Positions 51,337 to 60,790 of a DNA stretch of 64,000 nt are shown here, piece after piece (the first letter of the stretch is position 1; each line of letters starts with the position of its first letter). A model generated the notes under the pieces. It worked only from the letters and a program-made list of their open reading frames with translations, was not told the DNA's origin and did no database searches. A program made the translations under genes and the position numbers. Where the stretch lies: positions 1,574,814 to 1,638,813 of the forward strand of contig OZ252225.1 of assembly GCA_965249315.1 (NCBI GenBank). The letters are read 5' to 3'. The stretch comes from Dehalococcoidia bacterium. Lineage in GTDB: Bacteria > Chloroflexota > Dehalococcoidia > Lucifugimonadales > UBA1127.

Positions 51337-52359
51337 GTGACCGCGACACAGTCCAACCTCCGGGTCGTCGTCATCGGGGGCGGAACGGGTTGCCCTGCGG
51401 TGATGCAGGGGCTGAGTCCGTACGCGTTCGACCTCTCGGCCGTTGTCACCGTCATGGACAGCGGCGGCAGCACGGGCCGGCTGCGGCAGGAGTTCGGCAT
51501 TCCCGCGCTGGGCGACATCAGGCGCTGCCTGAGCGCCCTGGCCGCCCCGGACGCCGCCACCGAGCTCTTCCGCGACCTCATGGAGTACCGCTTCCGCGGC
51601 GATGCCGCCCTGGGGGACCACAGCCTCGGCAATCTGCTCCTGGCTGCCTTGGTGGACAAGGTGGGCGGTTTGGAGGAGGGCATCCGGACTGCGGCGGGCC
51701 TCCTTGGTCTGCGCGCCAGGGTCCTGCCCGTTACCCTCGCGAGCACCCACCTCGTCGGCGTCCTTCAGGATGGCACCACCCTCGAGGGCGAGGCCGCCAT
51801 CGACCAGCGCGGCGCCCACGCCGTCGGCGTCCAGCGGGTCCTCCTCGACCCCCAGGTCGACGCCAACCCAGGGGCGGTCGAGGCCATCTGCCAGGCGGAC
51901 GTCGTCGTCCTGGGCCCCGGTGACCTCTACACCAGCGTCATTCCCAACCTGCTCGTCCGAGGCATCCCCGAGGCGCTGCGCTCCACCCAGGCGACCAGGG
52001 TCTTTATCGGCAACCTAGTCACCAAGCCCGGCGAGACCGAGGGCTACCGGCTCTCCGACTTCCTCCGAGAGACCCTGCGCTACGTCGACACGGCGGAGCC
52101 CTTCGACCTCGTCCTGGCCGACTCCGTCGGCGCCCCGGCGCCCGCCGACGCCGACCACCCCTCCGCCGGCAGCCCCGCCGTCGCGGTGGACGCCGAGGCC
52201 TGCGTCCCCTACGCGCGCCGGGTCATCGTGCGTTCCCTGGCCTCCAGCGACGCCCCCTGGCTCCACGACCCGCAGAAGATCGGCCACGCGCTGCGGGAGG
52301 CGTTGCAGGCCCTTGCGGAGACTCGCTTAGCTGCGTCGGAGCGGGGTTTTCCCTCATAG
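51337..52359 (+). CDS. YvcK/CofD-family (UPF0052) protein
   Basis: VVIGGGTGCPAVMQGL...VVTVMDSGGSTGRLR...GDIRRCL is the YvcK signature. Confidence 0.8.
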   Translation: MTATQSNLRVVVIGGGTGCPAVMQGLSPYAFDLSAVVTVMDSGGSTGRLRQEFGIPALGDIRRCLSALAAPDAATELFRDLMEYRFRGDAALGDHSLGNLLLAALVDKVGGLEEGIRTAAGLLGLRARVLPVTLASTHLVGVLQDGTTLEGEAAIDQRGAHAVGVQRVLLDPQVDANPGAVEAICQADVVVLGPGDLYTSVIPNLLVRGIPEALRSTQATRVFIGNLVTKPGETEGYRLSDFLRETLRYVDTAEPFDLVLADSVGAPAPADADHPSAGSPAVAVDAEACVPYARRVIVRSLASSDAPWLHDPQKIGHALREALQALAETRLAASERGFPS

Positions 52360-52385
52360 GACCGGAGCACTGTGAGGAGGAGCGT

Positions 52386-53309
52386 GTGGCGCGAGTGCTG
52401 GTGACGGGCGGCGCGGGGTTCGTCGGCTCCCACGTCGTGGATGGGCTGCTCGGAGCGGGCCATGACGTGCTGGTCGTCGACGACCTCTCCACGGGCACGG
52501 GCGCCAACCTGCCGCCCGACGTCCAACTGGCCGACGTGGACATTGCCGACGATGCGTTCGTCGACGTGGCGAAGTCCTTTCGGCCGGACGTCATCTCCCA
52601 CCTGGCCGCGCAGGCCTCCGTTCCGGTCTCCATGAGCGCCCCGGGATTGGATGCTCGGGTGAACATCCTGGGCGGCCTGAACGTCCTCCGCGCCGCGACC
52701 GAGACCGGATGCCGCCAGGTCGTCTACACGAACACCGGCGGCGCGCTGTACGGCGAGCCCGACTACCTGCCGTGCGACGAAGACCACCCCATCCGGCCCA
52801 TCAGCCCCTACGCCCTCAGCAAGTGGGTGTCGGAGTGCTACTTCCGGATGCTGTTGCCGGCCTCCATCCCGTTGAAGGTGCTGCGGGGCGCAAACATCTA
52901 CGGCCCCAGGCAGGACCCTCACGGAGAGTCGGGCGTCGTGGCCATCTTCCTGCGCCGCATGCTGGACGGCGACCCGGTGCGCATATTCGGCGACGGGGAG
53001 CACACGCGGGACTACGTCTACGTCGGCGATTTCGTTGAAGCGCACCGCCTGGCGATGGACTACGCCGGTTCGCTCGTCGTCAACGTTGGGACCGGCGAAG
53101 GGACCTCGGTGAACGAGATCTTCCGACACCTGCAGAGCGTGACCGGCGCCACTGCGCCCCCGATCTACGACGCCCCCCGGCCCGGCGACATCCGGCACAT
53201 CGTCCTTGACCCTTCCCGTGCGAAGCGGCTGCTCGGCTGGGCGCCCAGGGTCGGCCTCCTCGAGGGGCTCGCAAGGACGGCCGCATCCATGTGCACGGGC
53301 GAGCGGTGA
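52386..53309 (+). CDS. NAD-dependent epimerase/dehydratase (GalE-like SDR)
   Basis: VLVTGGAGFVGSHVV is the Rossmann motif, and YALSK is the catalytic YxxxK. Confidence 0.85.
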   Translation: MARVLVTGGAGFVGSHVVDGLLGAGHDVLVVDDLSTGTGANLPPDVQLADVDIADDAFVDVAKSFRPDVISHLAAQASVPVSMSAPGLDARVNILGGLNVLRAATETGCRQVVYTNTGGALYGEPDYLPCDEDHPIRPISPYALSKWVSECYFRMLLPASIPLKVLRGANIYGPRQDPHGESGVVAIFLRRMLDGDPVRIFGDGEHTRDYVYVGDFVEAHRLAMDYAGSLVVNVGTGEGTSVNEIFRHLQSVTGATAPPIYDAPRPGDIRHIVLDPSRAKRLLGWAPRVGLLEGLARTAASMCTGER

Positions 53310-53378
53310 ACGGGGTGCGCGCGCCCTGAAGTTGACGCCCTTTCGAAGCCCCCGCTATCATCGCTTGGGGACCCTCAC

Positions 53379-53455
53379 GCGTCCCAGTAGCTCAGAGGAT
53401 AGAGCGGCTGCCTTCTAAGCAGCGGGTCGGGGGTTCGAATCCCTCCTGGGACGCC
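53379..53455 (+). tRNA. tRNA-Arg (anticodon TCT)
   Basis: Acceptor GCGTCCC/GGGACGC, D-arm TAGCTCAGAGGATAGAGC, anticodon stem GCTGC/GCAGC with loop CTTCTAA, and T-arm GGGGGTTCGAATCCCTC. Confidence 0.9.
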
Positions 53456-53554
53456 ACGACCAGCAGAGCCGCGCGTAGGGCCTCGCTGTGACCTCCCGAA
53501 GGCCGGAGCGCGCCTCATAGTCCGCCACGGGGCGATTGAAGGAGACGATCGAGC

Positions 53555-54253
53555 ATGTCCACGCGAGCCGTGATCTTCGACCTGTATGGCACCCTGGTGA
53601 AGCAGCCGTCCATGGACGTGCGGCGCTCCCTCTTGGCGGAGATGGCCGCCGCCATGGACATCCCCGTCGATGACTTCGTCGGCGTCTGGATGGAGGGCTT
53701 CTGGGAGCGCCAGGTTGGCGTCTACGGCACGGAGGAGCGACACCTGGAGTACATCGCCGGGCGCGTCGTGGGCGTGGCCCCCGACCCCGAGCGCGTTGCC
53801 AGGGCCGCCGAGGTCGCCCTGACCTTCGACCGCGAGAGCCTGGAGGCGACGCGACCGGACGCGGTGGACACCTTGCGGGCGTTGAAGGACGCCGGCCTGC
53901 GGCTGGCCCTCCTCAGCAACTGCGGCGTCGGCATCCCGAAGGTCTGGGCTGAGTCCTCCATGGCGCCCTTCATCGACGTCCCGGTCTTCTCCTCCACTGC
54001 GGGTTTGAAGAAGCCGGACCCCCGCATCTACCAGCTTGCCCTGCGGGACCTCGGAGCCGCGCCCCAGGACACCCTCTACGTCGCCGACGGCATGGACGAC
54101 GAGCTCACCGGCGCCCGCAACGTCGGTATAGCCCCCATCCTGCTGCGCAGCCCCGACGAGGACGCCTACGACGAGCGCCGCGCCGAGGGCATGGCCTGGA
54201 CCGGAACGACCATCGAGTACCTGCGGGAGGTCCTCCAGCACGTCTCGTGCTAG
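53555..54253 (+). CDS. HAD-superfamily hydrolase
   Basis: Motif I is VIFDLYGTLV, motif II LLSNCG, and motif IV YVADGMDDEL. Confidence 0.75.
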   Translation: MSTRAVIFDLYGTLVKQPSMDVRRSLLAEMAAAMDIPVDDFVGVWMEGFWERQVGVYGTEERHLEYIAGRVVGVAPDPERVARAAEVALTFDRESLEATRPDAVDTLRALKDAGLRLALLSNCGVGIPKVWAESSMAPFIDVPVFSSTAGLKKPDPRIYQLALRDLGAAPQDTLYVADGMDDELTGARNVGIAPILLRSPDEDAYDERRAEGMAWTGTTIEYLREVLQHVSC

Positions 54254-54677
54254 CAGCTCCGCGATGCCCAGGGATTGATCAGCTCTATCCCGCTCCCCTC
54301 AAAGTCGTCCCTGTTCCTGGTCGCCACTGACGCTCCCCGGCTGCGGGCTATCGCTGCAATCTGGCAGTCGGCATGATTGATGGAACGCCCTTCGGCGCGG
54401 CGGGCTGCGGCTATCAGGGCGTAGGCTTGTGCGGCGGCGCTATCGAAAGGCAGGACGCGCCCGGCAAAGTCCTCCCTGAGCATCCCCTCCACCTCGGCGA
54501 GCAGTCTGTCCCGCCGCGCTCCTGCCGGCAGTATCTCGACGCCGTATCGCAGTTCGGCTTCACTCACAGTGGAGAGAACAGGTTGAGAGCTGCCTGCCCG
54601 CCAACCCAGTCCACAACGCTGGCGTCGGGAACGGGGCGCAGCAGTTCCGAGACGACGTTGGTGTCATCGTAGCTCCC
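54250..54677 (-). pseudogene. vapC: PIN-domain toxin (VapC/FitB-like), decayed: no start codon and a frameshift
   Basis: SYDDTNVVSELLRPVPDASVVDWVGGQAALNLF | STVSEAELRYGVEILPAGARRD... is split between two frames near 54571-54584. No ATG, GTG or TTG opens the first frame. Confidence 0.65.
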
Positions 54678-54923
54678 TCAGTCGAACCGAGGCGGTTTGC
54701 GCAGGGGTGAACGCGTAGGGATGTCCAGTTCGACCCCGCCAAGAGGTGCGAATCTGGCACGAATGGCGCTCGCCAGATTCTCCTGTTCCGGTTGCCGGTG
54801 ATGGAGCGCCATTCTCAGAATGTCCCGGGCCTCCTCCTCCATGGAGCGACCGTTTTCGGCTGCCCTGAGTCGCAGTTGACGTTTCAGTCCATCTTCGAGA
54901 TTGCGCACGGTGATACTGGCCAT
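54678..54923 (-). CDS. FitA/VapB-like (Arc/RHH) antitoxin, intact
   Basis: MASITVRNLEDGLKRQLRLRAAENGRSMEEEARDILR is a canonical plasmid-stability/FitA N-terminus. Confidence 0.75.
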   Translation of the reverse strand: MASITVRNLEDGLKRQLRLRAAENGRSMEEEARDILRMALHHRQPEQENLASAIRARFAPLGGVELDIPTRSPLRKPPRFD

Positions 54924-55048
54924 GAAGGCGCCCCCTGCCTACGATGTCACATCATCATATTATGATTGCGGTGCAATCAATAGTTGCACGTGCAGCCGCA
55001 CATGGGAATCTACGCTATAGTGGAAGGCCCAGCTCAGGAGGTAACCCC

Positions 55049-55522
55049 ATGACCCAGCAGGCCAACCCCCACACGCCGGCGCAGATCGTGCCTCGCCGTC
55101 TTGGCGACTACCTGGAGGTCATGAGCAAGGCCGTCTTCCAGTCCGGCATGTCCTGGCGCGTGGTCGACAAGAAGTGGCCCGGCATCCGCGAGGCCTTTCG
55201 GGGCTTCGACTCCGGGGCCGTCGCGGACCTGTCCCCGGACGATCTGGACGTCCTGGCTGCCGACACCCGCGTCATCCGTCACCGCCGCAAGCTGGAGGCC
55301 GTGGTCCACAACGCACAGCGGATGCTGGAGTTGGAGACGCAGCACGGTGGCTTCCAGGCCTACCTGCGCTCCCACGACGGCTTCGAGGCCACGGTGGCCG
55401 ACCTGCGCAAGCGCTTCCGCTTCCTCGGCGACACCGGCGCCTACTACTTCCTCTACGTCGTGAAGGAGGAGGTCCCCTCCTACGAGGACTGGTGCGAGTC
55501 CCGCGGCCGCCCGCACCATTGA
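55049..55522 (+). CDS. tag: DNA-3-methyladenine glycosylase I-like protein
   Basis: SKAVFQSGMSWRVVDKKW...IRHRRKLEAVVHNA...FLGDTGAYYFL parallels the E. coli Tag core. ATG 55049 follows AGGAGG. Confidence 0.6.
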   Translation: MTQQANPHTPAQIVPRRLGDYLEVMSKAVFQSGMSWRVVDKKWPGIREAFRGFDSGAVADLSPDDLDVLAADTRVIRHRRKLEAVVHNAQRMLELETQHGGFQAYLRSHDGFEATVADLRKRFRFLGDTGAYYFLYVVKEEVPSYEDWCESRGRPHH

Positions 55523-55526
55523 GCCG

Positions 55527-56105
55527 GTGAGCGGCGTGGCGACCCCCCGAAGACTCCTTCTCGTGCGGCACTGCAGCTCGTCAGGCCCGCGCCCCGACGA
55601 CCCCCTGTCCGAGACTGGCATCGCCGAATCCGAAGCCCTTGCCGATTTCCTGTCGGGTCGGGGGATAGACGCCGTGGTCTCCAGCGCATACAGGCGGGCG
55701 CAGCAGAGCATCGAGCCCTTCGCCGCCCGTGCGGGGCTGACGGTTCACGTCGACCCGCGCCTGAACGAGCGAACGCTCTTCAGCGGCCCCGCGGGCGCAT
55801 GGCGCTCGGCGGACAACTGGCGGGAGGTCGTCCGCGACTCCTTCGACAACCCTGACCTGCGAGCGCCCGGAGGGGAAACACCTCGGGAGGTCCTCCGCCG
55901 GGCGTGGGCCGCCCTGAACGAGATCCTCGACGGTGGCTACAGGCTTCCCGTGGCGGCCACCCATGGGCAGCTCATGGCCCTGGTGCTGAGCTCGCTGGAC
56001 CCCGGGTTCGGCTTCAGTGGGTGGGAGTCCCTGTCCAACCCGGACGTCTACCTGCTGCACGACGCGGGGGACGGCCGGATGGCCTTCGAGAGGCTGTGGG
56101 CCTGA
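55527..56105 (+). CDS. Histidine phosphatase (phosphoglycerate mutase) family protein
   Basis: LLLVRHCSS...LSETG, with a downstream ATHGQLM second His motif. Confidence 0.6.
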   Translation: MSGVATPRRLLLVRHCSSSGPRPDDPLSETGIAESEALADFLSGRGIDAVVSSAYRRAQQSIEPFAARAGLTVHVDPRLNERTLFSGPAGAWRSADNWREVVRDSFDNPDLRAPGGETPREVLRRAWAALNEILDGGYRLPVAATHGQLMALVLSSLDPGFGFSGWESLSNPDVYLLHDAGDGRMAFERLWA

Positions 56106-56111
56106 CGCCCT

Positions 56112-56858
56112 TTACGCCCTGGCGCCCTGCTGGGTCCCGGACGGCGGACGGCGCAGTCGCACACGGGGCGCCGCCTGGTACCCTATGGACCCTTCGCCCT
56201 TGTCGGTCTGAAAGGTCAGCACACCCCTGTAGTAGCCCGCGTCCACCACGGTGAGCTCCGCCCCCGGAAGGACGCCGCGCTCCACCAGGTACCGGAGCAG
56301 GATCGGGTCCTCCTCCGCGATGCGGTCCACCACGTAGGTGCGCTGCGGTCTGGCTTCTACCAGGCTCAGGGTTCCGCCGGGCGGCGGCTGGTACGCACTC
56401 CCCGGGATTGGGCCGCCGAAGGGGCAGGTGGTGGGCTTGCCCAGGCGCTCCCAGATGTGCTCCTCCAGCTTGGGAGAGATGGCGTGCTCCAGGCGGTGCC
56501 CTTCGATGCAGGCCAGATGAAGCTCCATGCCGAAGAGGTCCACGACCATGCGCTCGGCCAGGCGATGGCGGCGTATCGTCGTCTCGGCCTGCGCCCGCCC
56601 GGTAGGGGTGAGGTGTATCTGTTTCTGGGCGGACATCTCCACCAAGCCCTCCCGGGCCAACCGCCTCAGCATTCCCAGCACGGAGGGGAGCGTCGTTCCC
56701 AGCCCCTCCGCCTTGGGGAGCTGTCGGATGTACTCGGCCAGCTGCGCCGCCGCGGGCGTCACCCCCCACTCCTCCAGCTTGTAGATGGAGCTCAGGTAGT
56801 TCTCCGCGGTCCCGGAGAGTCGCTCTGCCTGCACATCCGGCCTCTTCGTCTTCATCAT
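56112..56858 (-). CDS. DtxR/MntR-family metal-dependent transcriptional regulator with a C-terminal FeoA/SH3-like domain
   Basis: AENYLSSIYKLEE..., RHRLAERMVVD and a metal-site H/E/C pattern. Confidence 0.8.
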   Translation of the reverse strand: MMKTKRPDVQAERLSGTAENYLSSIYKLEEWGVTPAAAQLAEYIRQLPKAEGLGTTLPSVLGMLRRLAREGLVEMSAQKQIHLTPTGRAQAETTIRRHRLAERMVVDLFGMELHLACIEGHRLEHAISPKLEEHIWERLGKPTTCPFGGPIPGSAYQPPPGGTLSLVEARPQRTYVVDRIAEEDPILLRYLVERGVLPGAELTVVDAGYYRGVLTFQTDKGEGSIGYQAAPRVRLRRPPSGTQQGARA

Positions 56859-57047
56859 TCGAAGGCTACCCGTCGAGTCGCCCCCACGTCAAGCTGTCTT
56901 CGCCGTGACGGTCTGCATGCACACCGGGTGACGTCTTGTCGTCTAACATTGGTGAAAGCGATGATGTTTATTACGAAACATCTATTGACTAATAGAAATA
57001 GTTAGTACACACTTTCCGCCATGACAAGTGCGGGAGGTGTAGTGGAA

Positions 57048-58061
57048 ATGCGACACTGGATGAGCGTGGTCCTTCTTGTGGTCGCCTTGGCGTCGGTTGG
57101 CGTGGCGACTGCGGCGTGCGGAGGAGATGACTCCCCCGCCAGCCTGATCGTCTACTCCGGCCGAAGCGAAAGCCTGGTCGATCCCATCATCCAACAGTTC
57201 AGCGAGGCCACGGGCATCGAGGTCTCAGTGAAGTACGCAAGCACCCCGGAGATGGCCGCCACGCTCCAGGAAGAGGGAGACAAGAGCCCTGCGGACGTCT
57301 TCTTCGCCCAGGACCCCGGTGGCCTGGGGGCTGTGGAGGAGATGCTGGCGACGTTGCCGAGCAGCATCCTCGACCGTGTCCCCGAGTGGGCCCGTTCGCC
57401 CCAGGGCCGGTGGGTTGGCATATCGGGCCGCGCCCGCGTCGTCGTCTACAACACGGACCGGCTGACTGAAGCGGACCTTCCCGACGACGTCCGGGGCTTC
57501 ACCGACCCGGCGTGGAAGGGTCGTATTGGCTGGCCTCCCACCAACTCCTCCTTCCAGACCATGGTAACCGGCATGCGCGTCCTGTGGGGCGAAGAGGCGA
57601 CGCGCCAGTGGCTCCTGGGCATCCAGGCCAACGAGCCCAGCATCTACCCCAAGAACACGCCCACCGTCGCCGCCGCGGCAGCGGGGGAGATCGACGTCGG
57701 CTTCGTCAACCACTACTACCTGTACCGGTTCCTCGCGGAGGAGGGGGACAGCTTCGCCGCCCGGAACTACCACCCACGCTCCGGAGGCCCCGAGGCCCTG
57801 GTCATGGTGGCCGGCGCGGGCATCCTGGAGTCCTCGGAGAACCGGGAGAACGCCGAGAAGTTCATGGAGTTCATGCTCTCCACCGTCGCCCAGCAGTACT
57901 TCGCCGGCCAGACCTTTGAGTATCCCCTCGTCGAGGGCGTGAATACGCAGCGCGGTCTGGTCCCCCTGGCCGACATCGCTCAGCCGAACATCCCCATGAA
58001 GGACCTGGTGGACCTGGAAGGCACCCAACAGCTTCTCCGAGAGACCGGCGTATTGCCCTAG
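57048..58061 (+). CDS. Fe(3+)-type ABC transporter substrate-binding lipoprotein
   Basis: MRHWMSVVLLVVALASVGVATAAC lipobox, then an FbpA/AfuA-like sequence (LIVYSGRSESLVDPII...VNHYYLYR). The maximal ORF starts at 57021. Confidence 0.75.
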   Translation: MRHWMSVVLLVVALASVGVATAACGGDDSPASLIVYSGRSESLVDPIIQQFSEATGIEVSVKYASTPEMAATLQEEGDKSPADVFFAQDPGGLGAVEEMLATLPSSILDRVPEWARSPQGRWVGISGRARVVVYNTDRLTEADLPDDVRGFTDPAWKGRIGWPPTNSSFQTMVTGMRVLWGEEATRQWLLGIQANEPSIYPKNTPTVAAAAAGEIDVGFVNHYYLYRFLAEEGDSFAARNYHPRSGGPEALVMVAGAGILESSENRENAEKFMEFMLSTVAQQYFAGQTFEYPLVEGVNTQRGLVPLADIAQPNIPMKDLVDLEGTQQLLRETGVLP

Positions 58062-58092
58062 GACTGTCGACGTTGCGACTTGGAGGTAGGCG

Positions 58093-58299
58093 ATGATCGT
58101 CTGCATCTGCTGGGAAGTGTCCGAAGACCGCATCAGGCAGGCCGTCAGCCGGGGCGCTCGCACCTCGGACGAGGTCGGCGACGCCTGCCTGGCGGGGACT
58201 GCCTGCGGGAGCTGCCGCCCCATGCTCTCCCACATGATCGAGTCGGCCTCAGTGGCGCCTCCCAAGGCGTCCGACCGGACGCTCTCTCCAACCCTGTGA
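58093..58299 (+). CDS. BFD-like [2Fe-2S]-binding domain protein
   Basis: CxC...CGSC cysteine pattern (MIVCICWEV...GTACGSC). Confidence 0.65.
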   Translation: MIVCICWEVSEDRIRQAVSRGARTSDEVGDACLAGTACGSCRPMLSHMIESASVAPPKASDRTLSPTL

Positions 58300-58360
58300 G
58301 ACGGGAGCGTTCCCGAAAGACATGGTAGGGGGAGCGTTGAGTCGTACGTAAGGAGTCGCC

Positions 58361-58588
58361 ATGGCGCCGTGTAGCTGTGTGGGAATGTCCCATCTGGAGA
58401 TACGCGAGGCCATATCCCTTGGCGTTGCCGGGATCCAGGAAATGAGCATGGCCTTGGGTCTGGACTGCTCTTCCTGCCACGGGTGGGCGCCAACGGACGA
58501 AGCGCCCCGACGGCCGAAGGACGCCTCGCCCGTCCCGACCCACGGACGAAACGGACACCTCCCCGCCATCCACCTGCGCCGGAACTAG
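58361..58588 (+). CDS. Second BFD-like [2Fe-2S]-binding domain protein
   Basis: CSC...CSSC pattern (MAPCSCVGMSHLEIREAI...LDCSSC). Confidence 0.55.
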   Translation: MAPCSCVGMSHLEIREAISLGVAGIQEMSMALGLDCSSCHGWAPTDEAPRRPKDASPVPTHGRNGHLPAIHLRRN

Positions 58589-58632
58589 CCCCCAGTGCGC
58601 CCCTGTGACCTATGGCGGAGGGCGCGTGCTGG

Positions 58633-59325
58633 CTACTCCCGCTCTCCGCGCAGCAGACCGTTGCCACCCTGGATCCATCGGTACAGGCACGCGCCAACGG
58701 CTGCGCCTACCAGGGGGCCCATCCAGTAGACCCAGTGGCTGGACCAGACTCCCCCCATGAGCGCCGGCCCCAGCGAGCGCGCCGGGTTCATCGAGGCCCC
58801 GGAGATGGGCCCCGCGAAGATCGCCTCCAGCCCCACCGTCGTGCCGATCGCGATGGCTGCCCCCTGCCCAACCGCCCGCTGGTCCGTCGCCACGGCCATG
58901 ATGACGAACATCAGGATGAAGGTCAGCGCCAGCTCAAGGCCTAACGACTGCCACGCGCTGCCCGCGGGCACCGTCGCTCCCATGTTCCCCGTCTGCCCGA
59001 AGAGCACCAGCAGCCCCGCACTCCCGATGGCTGCCCCGGCCAGCTGCGCTCCCCAGTAGAGGGGCACGTCGCGCCAGGGGAAGTGCTTTGCCAGAGCGAA
59101 CCCCAGCGTCACGGCGGGGTTGATGTGCGCCCCGGAGATGTGGCCCGTTGCGTAGATGACGGCGGCCACCGTCATACCGAAGGTCAGCCCGACGCCGAGG
59201 TGGGTGACCTGCCCGCCGGAAAGCTCGTCGATGATGATGGCCCCGGTCCCGGCGAAGATCAGGATCGCGGTCCCAAGGGCCTCCGTGATGCACCGCTTTG
59301 GTAGGGGCTTCGCCGTCTGCGGCAT
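58633..59325 (-). CDS. MIP-family channel (aquaporin/glycerol facilitator type)
   Basis: Two NPA boxes (HINPAVT, SMNPARS) and six TM segments. Confidence 0.9.
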   Translation of the reverse strand: MPQTAKPLPKRCITEALGTAILIFAGTGAIIIDELSGGQVTHLGVGLTFGMTVAAVIYATGHISGAHINPAVTLGFALAKHFPWRDVPLYWGAQLAGAAIGSAGLLVLFGQTGNMGATVPAGSAWQSLGLELALTFILMFVIMAVATDQRAVGQGAAIAIGTTVGLEAIFAGPISGASMNPARSLGPALMGGVWSSHWVYWMGPLVGAAVGACLYRWIQGGNGLLRGERE

Positions 59326-59337
59326 GGGCTGGCGAGC

Positions 59338-60000
59338 CTAGTACTTGGAGACGTTGATTTCGGTCATCTTCCCCGTCACCAGGTAGATGACCCGTTCGGC
59401 GATGTTCGTCGCCCGGTCCGCCACCCGTTCCAGGTCGTGGGTGACCCAGAGGAGGTACGTTGCCCGCTGGATGCACCTGGGGTCCTCGATCATGTACGTG
59501 AGCAGCTCCCGGTACACCTGGTCGTACAGGGCGTCAACGTAGTCGTCGGATTTGCACACCGCAAGGGCGCCCACGACGTCCCTGTTGAGCAGGGCGTCCA
59601 GGCTCTGCCGCAGCATCTCCGTCGCCTTCTCGGCCATCCGGGGGATGTCCACCAGGGGCTTCAGGGGCGGCTCGTCGCCCATCATCAGGCTGATCTTGGC
59701 GATCCCCTCCGCGTAGTCGCCCATGCGCTCCAGCTCCACGGCGATGTGGAGGAAGACGATGATCCTGCGCAGGTCCCGTGCCACCGGCTGCTGCGTCGCG
59801 ATGAGCTCGATGCACTGCTCCTCCAGTTGGAAACGCTGCTGGTCGATGGCGTCGTCTTCCTTGATCACCTGCCGTGAGGCCTCCAGGTCCCTTCGCTTCA
59901 GCGCGTCCATCGCCCGGGCGATGGCCTTCTCGACCATGCTCCCCAGTACCAGCAGGTTCTCCTGCAGCTCGCGCAGGTTGCGGTCCAGGTCTGTCTGCAT
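59338..60000 (-). CDS. phoU: Phosphate signalling complex protein PhoU
   Basis: Duplicated PhoU repeats (E..D..ID, ARDLERIGD-like: AVELERMGD / THDLERVAD). Confidence 0.9.
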   Translation of the reverse strand: MQTDLDRNLRELQENLLVLGSMVEKAIARAMDALKRRDLEASRQVIKEDDAIDQQRFQLEEQCIELIATQQPVARDLRRIIVFLHIAVELERMGDYAEGIAKISLMMGDEPPLKPLVDIPRMAEKATEMLRQSLDALLNRDVVGALAVCKSDDYVDALYDQVYRELLTYMIEDPRCIQRATYLLWVTHDLERVADRATNIAERVIYLVTGKMTEINVSKY

Positions 60001-60015
60001 CTGCTTTGCCTCCCC

Positions 60016-60789
60016 CTACCCGAAGCGTCCCGTGATGTAGGCTTCCGTCCGCTCCTCCCTGGGGTTGGTGAAGAGCTGGGGAGTCTCGCCGTACTCCACC
60101 AGCTCCCCTTCTCGTTCCTCCCCCATAGTGAAGAACCCCGTCATGTCCGACACCCGCGCCGCCTGCTGCATGTTGTGCGTCACGATGATAACCGTGTAGC
60201 GGTCTTTGAGCTCGCGGACCAGGTCCTCGATGCGGGCCGTCGCCACCGGGTCCAGGGCCGAGCACGGCTCGTCCATCAGGATCACCTCCGGCTCCACCGC
60301 CAGCGCCCGAGCGATGCACAGGCGCTGCTGCTGTCCGCCGGACAGTTCCAGCGCACTGCTCTTGAGCCGGTCCTTCACCTCGTCCCACAGCGCCGCCTGC
60401 CTCAGGGAGCGCTCCACCGCATCGTCCATGTTGCCCCGATAGCCGTTGACCCTCAGGCCGAAGGTCACGTTGTCGTAGATCGACTTTGGGAAGGGGTTGG
60501 GGCGCTGGAACACCATGCCGATGCGGGACCGGATCTCCGTGGCGTCCACGTCCGACGCGTACAGGTTGGACTCCTCGAACAGGATCTGCCCCTCGACACG
60601 GGCCGTGGGGATAAGGTCGTTCATCCGGTTGAAGCAGCGCAGCAGCGTGCTCTTGCCGCACCCGGAGGGGCCTATCAGCGCGGTGATGGCGTACCGCTTC
60701 ACATCCATGTTGATGTCCCTGAGCGCGCGGAAGGTGTCGTAGTACATGTGGAGCTCATTCACCCTGAAGATTGGCGCCGCAGAGCTCAC
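60016..60789 (-). CDS. pstB: Phosphate ABC transporter ATP-binding protein
   Basis: [24 protein letters not shown], and the PstB-specific C-terminus ([10 protein letters not shown]). Confidence 0.95.
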   Translation of the reverse strand: MSSAAPIFRVNELHMYYDTFRALRDINMDVKRYAITALIGPSGCGKSTLLRCFNRMNDLIPTARVEGQILFEESNLYASDVDATEIRSRIGMVFQRPNPFPKSIYDNVTFGLRVNGYRGNMDDAVERSLRQAALWDEVKDRLKSSALELSGGQQQRLCIARALAVEPEVILMDEPCSALDPVATARIEDLVRELKDRYTVIIVTHNMQQAARVSDMTGFFTMGEEREGELVEYGETPQLFTNPREERTEAYITGRFG

Positions 60790-60790
60790 G

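Noticed and set aside
53456-54923. A genomic island integrated at tRNA-Arg(TCT), suggested by the HAD and decayed TA genes downstream.
   Set aside because: I could find no integrase and no direct repeat of the tRNA 3' end downstream, and the composition is not obviously different from the flanks.
56860-57047. A DtxR/MntR operator in the AT-rich divergent region (TTGACTAATAGAAATAGTTAGTACA).
   Set aside because: Only the outer CTAA/TTAG arms are palindromic, the interior is not, and it does not match the TTAGGTTAGCCTAACCTAA-type consensus well enough to call.
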